Below are positions 35,153 to 43,572 of a DNA stretch of 52,728 nucleotides, piece after piece. The DNA lies in IMG/VR virus record IMGVR_UViG_3300024520_000099, positions 1 through 52,728 of that record. One strand, written 5' to 3'. The translations under genes and the position numbers were made by a program. The DNA comes from a virus. Its lineage: Duplodnaviria > Caudoviricetes. The notes under the pieces are model-generated. The model had not been told where the DNA came from. It worked only from the letters and a program-made list of their open reading frames with translations, and searched no databases. Position 1 is the stretch's first letter. Each line of letters starts with the position of its first letter.

Positions 35153-35580
35153 TGCTCGCTAAGAAGAAACCGAAACCGATCACAACGTACAAAGACTTCT
35201 TCAGGGCGTGTCACACCATCAGGAGCAAGTACGGCTTCCAGTTCCACTTCCACTCAACCTGTGCCAAAGTGTACGACGAGCATGGTAGGGCCGATGCGAA
35301 CGCCATCTGGTGGAGTGCGACACGCGGAGGTTCGTTGTGGAACCCCATAGAGGTCATCAACTATGTCTTTTATGAGACCTCGACGGGCTTGTGGAGAATG
35401 GCTAACATGGCGCGGCCGCAGGTAGGACTCCCACTAGACAAGTTCGATGAACTGGTGATGGCTTACCGCGAAAGCGAAGGACACCTGACCAGTCTCCGAG
35501 AGCGCATGTGCAAGGCACTAGGGCTCGACGAGGTCCCCATACATGAACGCCCATCATACAAGCGACGAAGGAGAAAGTAG
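35152..35580 (+). CDS. Hypothetical protein
   Basis: TGATG coupling; abuts the portal gene. Confidence 0.6.
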   Translation: MLAKKKPKPITTYKDFFRACHTIRSKYGFQFHFHSTCAKVYDEHGRADANAIWWSATRGGSLWNPIEVINYVFYETSTGLWRMANMARPQVGLPLDKFDELVMAYRESEGHLTSLRERMCKALGLDEVPIHERPSYKRRRRK

Positions 35581-37464
35581 ATGCCCACTCGCATCCCCAA
35601 CGGACTGAAGGGCCGAGTCGCTACTGGCAAAGCCGATCGCAACGGTAGCAACGGCAACGGTAAGCACGACAGCGGCGTAGACCTGATCCGGAATATGTTT
35701 CAGGGGCTGCTCGATGGGAACGGGTCTGCGAGTAGCATGGCGATGAACGCTATGACGTCCCGCAGCGACCTACTCACCAAGATGTTCGACAGCCGTAGGG
35801 ACCTCGACGTAGAGTGTGGCTACCCAAAGACCATCACCGCGACACAGTACCGTTATCTGTACGACCGCGAAGGCATTGCGACCCGCGTCGTATCGGTCTA
35901 CCCGGAAGAGTGCTGGAAGATGGACCCCAAGATCTTCGAGACTGAAGACGCGGGCAAGACGCCGTGGGAAGCGACGTTCGATCAGGTGAATGATGAGCAC
36001 AATCTCATCCACTACATGCAGCGAGTTGACGAGATGTCGGGCATTGGGAGCTTCGGGCTACTACTGCTGGGCATCGACGACGGTAAGACCCTAGAGGAAC
36101 CCGTCGAGGGCATCATCCTGGAAGGCACACACGCAGGCCGTAAGAAGGGCTTTCAGGAGACCGCAGCGACAGGGGAGGACAACGAGACGTCCCCTGTGGA
36201 TTCAGACGCGGAGAACGTCGATACGGGGCTTGAGGATAGCGATGCGGACGATGAGACAGACGTAGAGCCAGAGCTGGACGAAGAGGGTAATGAAATCGAG
36301 GCTGAGATCATCAACGCTGACCCTGTGGAGACCAGCCGGTCACTGCTCTACCTCCGGGTCTTTGACGAGTCGCTGGTTGACATCGCCGAGTACGAGACAG
36401 ACGAAACGAACCGTCGCTATGGGCAACCGAAGTTCTACAACGTGAAGTTCAACGACCCGCTGATGCAAGGCAATGCAACAGCAGCAGCACCGGACATCAC
36501 CACCAAGAAAGTGCACTGGACCCGTTGCCTGCATGTCGCGGACAACCGCAAGTCGAGCGAGGTGTTCGGGACACCACGTATGCAAGAGTCGTACAACCGG
36601 CTGTATGACCTTCGCAAGTTGCTGGGCTCGTCCGCGGAGATGTTCTACAAGGGAGCGTTCCCCGGTTTCAGCTTCGAGGTGAATCCAGACCTCGGCGATG
36701 TCACACTGGACGAAGACAAGATGCGGGCAGAGTTCGCAGCATACGCGAATGGGCTACAACGATACCTCGCGTTGAACGGCGTGTCGGCCAAGAGCCTCGC
36801 GGTCCAAGTAGCAAGCCCCGAAGACCACGTGATGGTCCAGATCAAAGCGATCGCCATCACAGTGAAGACCCCACTACGGATCTTCATGGGAAGCGAAGCG
36901 GCACACCTCGCGAGCACACAAGACCAAGAGACATGGAACGGCCGGCTCGAACACAGGCAGACCAAGTACCTCAGCCCTCGGCTCGTGCGACCCTTGCTCG
37001 AACACCTCATAGCGATGGACGTACTACCCGAACCGGGACCCGATGGGTTCAGCGTTGAATGGCCCGACCTCAACACGCCATCGGACGAGAGCAAGGCAAC
37101 AGTTGCTGAGATTGTGGTGAAAGCGATCGCCGCTTACATCCAGAGCGGAGCCGATGCGTTGATTCCGCCGTTCGAGTTCCTTACGATGATCATGGGCATG
37201 GACCCAGACCAAGCCGAAGCGATCCTCGAAGCGGCAAGCACACACTTGGAAGACAAAGAAGACGAGGAGCTGGAGAACCGAGCACGCCGCGAAGAGAAGG
37301 GCCTGCCCGTACCACCAAGCCCCGAAGAGATTGAGATGGCTAAGCTGAAGGGTCCCGACGGAGAAGACGAAGAAGAAGACGAAGAAGAAGACGAAGAAGA
37401 CGATGGCCCGTTCGACGAGGAAGCGGAAGAAGACGAGGACCCCAAGCCCCCGAAGAAGAAGTAG
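35581..37464 (+). CDS. Portal protein (DUF1073-like)
   Basis: YDREGIATRVV, VHWTRCLH, SAEMFYKGA, PLRIFMGSEAAHLASTQD, VEWPDL; position after terL. Confidence 0.85.
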   Translation: MPTRIPNGLKGRVATGKADRNGSNGNGKHDSGVDLIRNMFQGLLDGNGSASSMAMNAMTSRSDLLTKMFDSRRDLDVECGYPKTITATQYRYLYDREGIATRVVSVYPEECWKMDPKIFETEDAGKTPWEATFDQVNDEHNLIHYMQRVDEMSGIGSFGLLLLGIDDGKTLEEPVEGIILEGTHAGRKKGFQETAATGEDNETSPVDSDAENVDTGLEDSDADDETDVEPELDEEGNEIEAEIINADPVETSRSLLYLRVFDESLVDIAEYETDETNRRYGQPKFYNVKFNDPLMQGNATAAAPDITTKKVHWTRCLHVADNRKSSEVFGTPRMQESYNRLYDLRKLLGSSAEMFYKGAFPGFSFEVNPDLGDVTLDEDKMRAEFAAYANGLQRYLALNGVSAKSLAVQVASPEDHVMVQIKAIAITVKTPLRIFMGSEAAHLASTQDQETWNGRLEHRQTKYLSPRLVRPLLEHLIAMDVLPEPGPDGFSVEWPDLNTPSDESKATVAEIVVKAIAAYIQSGADALIPPFEFLTMIMGMDPDQAEAILEAASTHLEDKEDEELENRARREEKGLPVPPSPEEIEMAKLKGPDGEDEEEDEEEDEEDDGPFDEEAEEDEDPKPPKKK

Positions 37465-37476
37465 GAGACCAGCACA

Positions 37477-37818
37477 ATGTGGACCATGCTCGCCGCAGTG
37501 GCGTACGCGGAGGTGAACGCAATGTCTGAGATCCTAATGACCACCGAATTCGATGGTGGCACGAAGCTGATATTCTGGTGTCCTGGTTGCCGATGCTGTC
37601 ATGGTGTTGACATCAGGACCGATGGGAAGCGTCCATCGTGGACGTGGAATGGAGACAAGAACAATCCGACGATTGCCCCGTCAGTGCTTGTGTTCAATGT
37701 TATCAAGGGCAAGAGGAGAACTGTGTGCCATCTGTTCGTACGGGAAGGGCAGATACAGTACCTGACTGACTGTCAGCATAAGTACAACGGCAAAACCATC
37801 CCGATGGAGCCGGTATAG
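37477..37818 (+). CDS. Cys/His-rich hypothetical protein (DUF6527-like)
   Basis: FWCPGC..H, WTWNGD..PTIAPSV, CHLFVREG, DCQH. Confidence 0.7.
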   Translation: MWTMLAAVAYAEVNAMSEILMTTEFDGGTKLIFWCPGCRCCHGVDIRTDGKRPSWTWNGDKNNPTIAPSVLVFNVIKGKRRTVCHLFVREGQIQYLTDCQHKYNGKTIPMEPV

Positions 37819-37991
37819 TGGCCAAGAAGAAACCAGGAACACCCCCGCCAACACCACCCGAGGAGGAAGCCCGCAAGGTGCCTTCGGGTCATTGTAAGAT
37901 CGAGCACCCGCATGCGAACGCGGCAGGTGCCGGCGAATGGCCGATGATCACACTCGATTGCTGGTGCGGCGAATGGAAGAAGGCGAAGTAG
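37818..37991 (+). CDS. 57-aa hypothetical protein missing from the ORF track
   Basis: GTG37818 with GGAG SD; ends WPMITLDCWCGEWKKAK; fills the gap exactly. Confidence 0.55.
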   Translation: MAKKKPGTPPPTPPEEEARKVPSGHCKIEHPHANAAGAGEWPMITLDCWCGEWKKAK

Positions 37992-37992
37992 C

Positions 37993-39003
37993 ATGGCTGT
38001 CAACCCACTACGACTAGATCCCACCCGCACGACGCTCCTACGTCGCAAGTTCGAGAACGATCTGAAACGTCGCTTTCGTAAACTCAAGAAGCTGGTCTGG
38101 GACCTCATCGTAGTAGAAGACGCCTTCGGGCTACGTCAAGACAACAGTCTCAACATCACAGTCAATACGCGATGGCAGTTCGCTACAGACCCACAGAAGC
38201 AGAAGGCGTTCCAGAAGTGGTTCAAAGAGCAAGTAGACCTCGGCATCCTTGAGGTCCCTCCGGGCACCGATCCGCTGAAACCGTGGACCGCGACCTACAC
38301 GAACAGTGCATACAAGTCAGGCGTCACGCGAGCCTACATCGCATCCAAAGCAGCCCTCTCTGAATCCGCCGCGTTCAGTGCTGGGTCCAAGGCACAGTTC
38401 CTTGAGAGCGCCTTCGGTGGCCCCATTGGAACCAAGCAACTCGAGATGCTCGCCACGAGGTCGTTTGAACAACTGCGGGGCATCACTGCGGCGATGGGCC
38501 AGAAGATCAACATCAGTCTCACCAACGGTCTAGCCCATGGACACTCCCCGCGGAAGATCGCTCGTGAGATGGCGAAGACCATTGACGGTATGACCAAGCA
38601 GCGGGCGGTCGTAATGGCCCGCACCGAGATCGTCCACTCATACGCCGAGGGCCAGCTCGATTCGCTGGAGCAACTAGGCGTCGAAGAGGTCACAGCATTC
38701 GTAGAGTGGAGCACGGCAGGAGACGACCGCGTCTGTCCCACGTGCCAGCCCCTCGAAGGCGTTGTGATGAAGCTCAAAGAAGCTCGGGGCATACTACCAA
38801 GACACCCACAGTGCAGATGCGCCTGGATACCAGTCATAGACAAGCCTGGCAAGGGACGTCGCAACGACCTACAGAAGAGCATCAACGCGAGCGTGAAAGC
38901 AGAGCGTCGTAAGAAGCGAACCACGAAAGAGGCACGCGACCAATCACCATGGCCGGGCTCGGACGTAGCAAAGCCGAGGAGACGTTCTAAGGTGAAGGCG
39001 TAG
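37993..39003 (+). CDS. Head morphogenesis protein (SPP1 gp7/MuF family)
   Basis: ARTEIV, WSTAGDDRVCPTC, PRHPQCRC. Confidence 0.9.
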   Translation: MAVNPLRLDPTRTTLLRRKFENDLKRRFRKLKKLVWDLIVVEDAFGLRQDNSLNITVNTRWQFATDPQKQKAFQKWFKEQVDLGILEVPPGTDPLKPWTATYTNSAYKSGVTRAYIASKAALSESAAFSAGSKAQFLESAFGGPIGTKQLEMLATRSFEQLRGITAAMGQKINISLTNGLAHGHSPRKIAREMAKTIDGMTKQRAVVMARTEIVHSYAEGQLDSLEQLGVEEVTAFVEWSTAGDDRVCPTCQPLEGVVMKLKEARGILPRHPQCRCAWIPVIDKPGKGRRNDLQKSINASVKAERRKKRTTKEARDQSPWPGSDVAKPRRRSKVKA

Positions 39004-39023
39004 ACCTCCGACAATTACCATGT

Positions 39024-39076
39024 CCCCTCCCACGAAGTCGCTGCAGTGGGGCGCATAGGGGCTCGAAACCAGCGAC
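39024..39076 (+). ncRNA. Candidate pseudoknotted leader RNA
   Basis: Stems CCCCT/AGGGG and CCCAC/GTGGG; loop GTCGCTG pairs with downstream CAGCGAC. Confidence 0.35.
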
Positions 39077-39105
39077 ACAACCGGAAGTCTTTAGGAGACC
39101 GACAG

Positions 39106-39477
39106 ATGCAGACCAAGTTCGACACGTTGACCACGTATCCCGGGTCATTCGTTGCGGTGCTGGGAGCCCAGACACAAACTGTGCCCCAGCCACAGGACGC
39201 GACAGCACCACCGAAGGAACAAGCCCCGCTCGGTGCTCGGAACATTGAGGTCTTCGGGCTTCAAACGAATGGGCGTCGCCGCCAGTACAACGGAGACAGT
39301 CTGGACCAGTGTCTGGACGCCGCGTTGAAGGACCTCGAGACGTTTGAGGCCGCGAACGCAGAGGAGACGACGGCCCCCAAAGAAGACCCTCCTACATCGG
39401 GCGGGCCAACTGGTGGCAGTTCGGAGAGTAGCAGCTCCGGTGGTCGCGGTGGGAAAGGCAAAGGCAAGAAGTCCTGA
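39106..39477 (+). CDS. Hypothetical protein
   Basis: AGGAG SD before ATG39106. Confidence 0.6.
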   Translation: MQTKFDTLTTYPGSFVAVLGAQTQTVPQPQDATAPPKEQAPLGARNIEVFGLQTNGRRRQYNGDSLDQCLDAALKDLETFEAANAEETTAPKEDPPTSGGPTGGSSESSSSGGRGGKGKGKKS

Positions 39478-39599
39478 TGCCGCAGTACATCGAGCACACA
39501 CATCACTTCAGGTTCTGGCGAGTCTTGGGATATGCCATCGCAGCTAGGATTGGCTGGGACCTGATACCCTTCGTTGTTCAAGTCTGGAATGCTTTATGA
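39477..39599 (+). CDS. 40-aa hydrophobic protein missing from the ORF track
   Basis: TGATG and ATGA overlaps at both ends; FWRVLGYAIAARIGWDLIPFVV. Confidence 0.5.
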   Translation: MPQYIEHTHHFRFWRVLGYAIAARIGWDLIPFVVQVWNAL

Positions 39600-40297
39600 C
39601 GTCCGAGACCCGGTTCATTTATGCGTACTCTGAGGGCAAGCGATACGAGCTTCTCCCCAACGCACAAGCCTCGATGGAAGCCGCCGCTGAAAGATGGGGC
39701 GCAACGTTCCAGCCCATCGAGAGACCGGGTCGCGGGAACTTCTGGTGTCAAAAGATGCGACACTTTCTCGATGTCTGTGAAGGCGACAGGGCACTCTACC
39801 TGGACGGCGACATGCTCATCAGAGCTGACTGTCCAAACGTCTTCGATCTGGTCCCGTCATACAAGGCAGGGTTCGTCCCTGTGCAACAGGACCATCGCAA
39901 TCTACTGGTCCACTCCGCCATGGGTGGCGTGCCCTGCGTCCAAGGCGGTTTCCAGTTGTACTCGAAGCACCAAGCCCAGCACGTGTTCAACGTGATGCTC
40001 TACAAGCAGTTCGAGCGACTACACTGGACCGGAATGGACCAAGACCAAATCCAGTTCATGATCTCCGCACTCTCCGCGGATGTGTGCTGGCTACCTGCCA
40101 TGTTCGACTTCATCTTTCCGCCCTCGTACTCGAAGGACTGGATTCACAAAGCCCTGGCCCGCGACTGCTGGATGTACAAGCCCATGCTACCCCGATACAT
40201 CGTTCACTTCGCAGGCAACCGAGAGGGCTGGGAGCGGAAGGCGGGCCGCGTGAAGATGTTCGATTGGAAACTGATACCGGAGCTACCAGCACAATGA
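39596..40297 (+). CDS. GT-A glycosyltransferase (GT8-like)
   Basis: YLDGDMLI (DxD), QGG, DQD, IVHFAG. Confidence 0.75.
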   Translation: MTSETRFIYAYSEGKRYELLPNAQASMEAAAERWGATFQPIERPGRGNFWCQKMRHFLDVCEGDRALYLDGDMLIRADCPNVFDLVPSYKAGFVPVQQDHRNLLVHSAMGGVPCVQGGFQLYSKHQAQHVFNVMLYKQFERLHWTGMDQDQIQFMISALSADVCWLPAMFDFIFPPSYSKDWIHKALARDCWMYKPMLPRYIVHFAGNREGWERKAGRVKMFDWKLIPELPAQ

Positions 40298-40839
40298 AAC
40301 CTGTCGGAGACCAGCCCTGGATGCCGAGCGACGCCGTCAACTTCTTCGGTGACATCGTTCGCAACATGCAGGATGAGAAGAGCGAAGGCGACTTGGTCAA
40401 GGTTCTCGAGTTCGGTTCTGGTGGCAGTACCGTATGGCTCGACAAAGCCGGGTGTCGTGTAGTCACCATTGAACACAACTTCAAGTGGCACGGCAGGGTT
40501 CGCAAACAAACGACATGGCACACGTTTCACATCTACCACCAACGACCCTATGCAGGCGTCTGTGACCTGTTCCCTGACGAGCTGTTTGACATCGTACTCG
40601 TGGACGGACGTGATAGGCTCGAGTGTGGTCAAGCCGCCATGAGACTGGTAGCCCGCGACGGGTGGATGATACTCGATGACGCGAACCGTCACCGCTACGC
40701 ACAACTGCACAGAGACCTCAACCTAGAGGGCTGGGAAAAGACCAAGAAGGTCTCCACGGACGCAACTCTCGACATGGTGCAAAACGCACCGAACAAGACC
40801 CGTACCACCGCCTTCTTCAGGAGACCTCCCCATGTCTAA
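40294..40839 (+). CDS. Class I SAM methyltransferase
   Basis: PWMP, VLEFGSGGST, IEHN..W, VLVDGRDR, ILDD. Confidence 0.85.
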   Translation: MKPVGDQPWMPSDAVNFFGDIVRNMQDEKSEGDLVKVLEFGSGGSTVWLDKAGCRVVTIEHNFKWHGRVRKQTTWHTFHIYHQRPYAGVCDLFPDELFDIVLVDGRDRLECGQAAMRLVARDGWMILDDANRHRYAQLHRDLNLEGWEKTKKVSTDATLDMVQNAPNKTRTTAFFRRPPHV

Positions 40840-41806
40840 ATTCCAGAAGCGTCGCGTCCTCGTCATTGGTGGAGCCGGCTACATCGGGTCCGCCATTGTC
40901 CGTTGGCTACACGACCACGACTACGACCCGCTCGCGTACGACAACGGCGGGAACCGTTCCCACGTTCCGTCGGACCGATACCTGCATGGGAACCTGTTCG
41001 ATCGTACGAAGCTGAAGGCGGCCCTCAAAGAGTGTGACATGGTCGTGCACTGTGCGGCACATGCGAAGGTCGGTGAGAGCGCAAGTGCCCCGCGGAAGTA
41101 TTGGCAGCTCAACGTCGAGGGGACACAGGTCATACTCAAGTGCATGGCGACAGTGGGTGTCAAGAAGATGGTGTTCTGCTCCACCGCCGCGACCTACGGA
41201 CAAGACCTCCCATCACCCATCAAAGAGAGCGACGGCACATACCCATGCAACGTCTACGGTATGACCAAGGTTGCAGCAGAGATGGAGCTGAAACGGTACT
41301 GCGAACAATACGACTTTGATGTCACCGCACTACGGTTCTTCAACGCTGCTGGTGCGAGCGCCTGTGGCAAGTACGGTGAGCATCGCATGGACGAGACGCA
41401 TCTGATACCGCTCGCTCTCCGTGAGTGTGTTCAGGGTCGCAGAAGGCACGGCCTGTTTCTCAACGGTGAAGACTTCCCTACGTTCGACGGAACCTGTGTA
41501 CGCGACTACGTTCACGTTGACGACATCGCATTCGCAGCAGAGCTTGCGTTAGACGCCCTTTCCGGGTGGGAAACGTACAACGTGGGAACAGGAGAGGGAA
41601 CGAGCAATCTAGACGTACTGAGGGCGTGCAAACACGTCACACGCCACAACCTGTCGTGGGAGACACGCGAGCGCCGGGAAGGGGACCCGCCTGTGCTCGT
41701 AGCTGACTCGAACAAGCTTCGAGACACACTGGACTGGGACCCGGAGTATCGCACCATCGAAGACATCGTCGAGAGTGCGTGGAAGTACCACAAGGATGAA
41801 CGATGA
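40832..41806 (+). CDS. galE: UDP-glucose 4-epimerase
   Basis: GGAGYIGS, VGES, STAATYG, YGMTK, RFFNAAGA, DGTCVRDYVHV. Confidence 0.93.
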   Translation: MSKFQKRRVLVIGGAGYIGSAIVRWLHDHDYDPLAYDNGGNRSHVPSDRYLHGNLFDRTKLKAALKECDMVVHCAAHAKVGESASAPRKYWQLNVEGTQVILKCMATVGVKKMVFCSTAATYGQDLPSPIKESDGTYPCNVYGMTKVAAEMELKRYCEQYDFDVTALRFFNAAGASACGKYGEHRMDETHLIPLALRECVQGRRRHGLFLNGEDFPTFDGTCVRDYVHVDDIAFAAELALDALSGWETYNVGTGEGTSNLDVLRACKHVTRHNLSWETRERREGDPPVLVADSNKLRDTLDWDPEYRTIEDIVESAWKYHKDER

Positions 41807-41882
41807 GCGTGAAGATGAGACCTTGCCTTTGCCCGAAGTGCAATGGCAAGCTACGACTTAGTCAATCAGCAGGAGACAGGCT

Positions 41883-42389
41883 ATGCAAAGACGGGAAGAA
41901 GAACGCCGCAGGGAAGCACGGCGGCCGCCGGAGTGGCAGTTCAACGGGTCGTCGAGAGGGAGGTCCCAAGACAGGCGACTAGGGTTCATCGCGAGCTGCT
42001 TCGATCCCTTCGTTCACCCTGGCGTACTGCTCGCGATGGAGCAAGCGACCACAGCCTGCAATCTCGATGCGATCATAATCGGTTTGCACATCGACCCGAC
42101 AGTCGAGCGTCCCGCCAAACGGAAGCCGACCCTGACCGTCGAGGAACGCATGACGTGCCTGTCGTGTCTCAAGTTCAGCGACCGCCCTGCCATCCCATAC
42201 CAGTACGAAGCAGACCTGCTCGCCATCCTGGTCGGCTACGAAGACCAACTCGTGTGCCGCATCTTGGGTGAAGACTACCGCGACCAGCCCTTCACAGGGG
42301 ATGAACTAGACATCCCGATCTTCTACACGAAGCGCCGGCCAGACTGGTCCGGGACCTCGTTTCACCGAAGGCTCCAAGAGTCGCTCTAG
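41883..42389 (+). CDS. Cytidylyltransferase-like (TagD/RfaE family)
   Basis: ASCFDPFVHPG, GLHIDPTVERP..KP..ER, ILGEDY. Confidence 0.8.
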   Translation: MQRREEERRREARRPPEWQFNGSSRGRSQDRRLGFIASCFDPFVHPGVLLAMEQATTACNLDAIIIGLHIDPTVERPAKRKPTLTVEERMTCLSCLKFSDRPAIPYQYEADLLAILVGYEDQLVCRILGEDYRDQPFTGDELDIPIFYTKRRPDWSGTSFHRRLQESL

Positions 42390-42475
42390 GCTCGTCAACA
42401 GACCCTTGCTACAGTGGGGACAGTTCGTAGGAATATCTTACACACTGAAACCAACGATGATGCAAGGAATACCGC

Positions 42476-42970
42476 ATGTTGATACTCGCTCAGGCAGGGG
42501 AGGCCGGAAACGGAATCCTCGATCTGTTCGATCGTTATGGCATTGCGTGGGGTATGTTAGCACTGTTCGTCGTCGCAACAATCTACATCTTGAGGAGGTT
42601 GTTGAACGACAACAATGGGATACTGACTGGCTACGTGAGGTCCACCATCGATCAACAGAAGCAACTGGCAGACACGGTGCGGGACCAAGCAGCGACAGAT
42701 GCCAAAGTGGCACAGTGCTTGGAAGCGAGCGAACAAAGACTCGCAGAGATTCAAAAGACAGTAGAGCGTGTCGAGACGATGCACTACAACCCGCACTCGC
42801 AGTTCGCGACGGCGACACTCGGGCGGTGCTTCAGACACGGATGCGAGGTCCTAGAACACATCTCCACGAAACTCGAGATCGACGACAAATGCAAACCACT
42901 ACTCGACGTGATGCGTCGGGAATTGGATTCTCATAACCAGCACGTTGAAGGGGATGCGCCGCCACAATGA
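42476..42970 (+). CDS. Holin-like membrane protein
   Basis: One TM helix (GIAWGMLALFVVATIYIL) then coiled coil. Confidence 0.5.
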   Translation: MLILAQAGEAGNGILDLFDRYGIAWGMLALFVVATIYILRRLLNDNNGILTGYVRSTIDQQKQLADTVRDQAATDAKVAQCLEASEQRLAEIQKTVERVETMHYNPHSQFATATLGRCFRHGCEVLEHISTKLEIDDKCKPLLDVMRRELDSHNQHVEGDAPPQ

Positions 42971-43572
42971 ACGCGAACTTCATAATCTGTGTCAGTGGGT
43001 TCACCCAGAACCGAGGGTACTTCCACGGCATCATGAAGCTACGTGAAGCCCTCATCTCCAACGGGCACAGCGAGGGCAAAGCGAACCGCGTCTGGTACGT
43101 CACGTGGAAGGACTCGATGAGCCGGGTCGCTTGTGAGCTGAGCATCCTGTGCAACCAGCATGGGTTCAAGCCCCGCGTGATGATCTGTGGCTACTCCTAC
43201 GGTGGCTGGGGAAGCCTGCAGCTTGCGAAGGAACTGGAGAAGGTCGGCATTGATGTTGAGATTATGATACTCTGCGACCCCGTCGGTCGACCGTGGTGGT
43301 GGCCGCGTCCACTACCCGCACTGACATCTATGCTCGGACGTGATTGGGCACCGAAGCTCCGAGTCCCAGCGAACGTGAAAGTCTGCCATTCGTTCTATCA
43401 ACAGGAGAACCGACCACAAGGACATCAACTGGTCGCTACCAACGGGACCACGATGGAGCAGCCTATCAAACTAAGACACAAACATGAGCGCATGGACGAC
43501 GCCCCTGAGTTCCACGGCAGAGTTCTCAAGGAAGCCGCCATGCTGGTTCAACCCGAAGGAGATGTGCCATGA
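42967..43572 (+). CDS. Alpha/beta hydrolase (lipase/cutinase-like)
   Basis: Nucleophile elbow GYSYGG, CDPV, C-terminal His (HERMDD). Confidence 0.75.
   Translation: MNANFIICVSGFTQNRGYFHGIMKLREALISNGHSEGKANRVWYVTWKDSMSRVACELSILCNQHGFKPRVMICGYSYGGWGSLQLAKELEKVGIDVEIMILCDPVGRPWWWPRPLPALTSMLGRDWAPKLRVPANVKVCHSFYQQENRPQGHQLVATNGTTMEQPIKLRHKHERMDDAPEFHGRVLKEAAMLVQPEGDVP

Noticed and set aside
41803-41982. 59-aa ORF with CLCPKC coupled to galE
   Set aside because: Overlaps the SD-supported cytidylyltransferase start by about 100 nt; insufficient support
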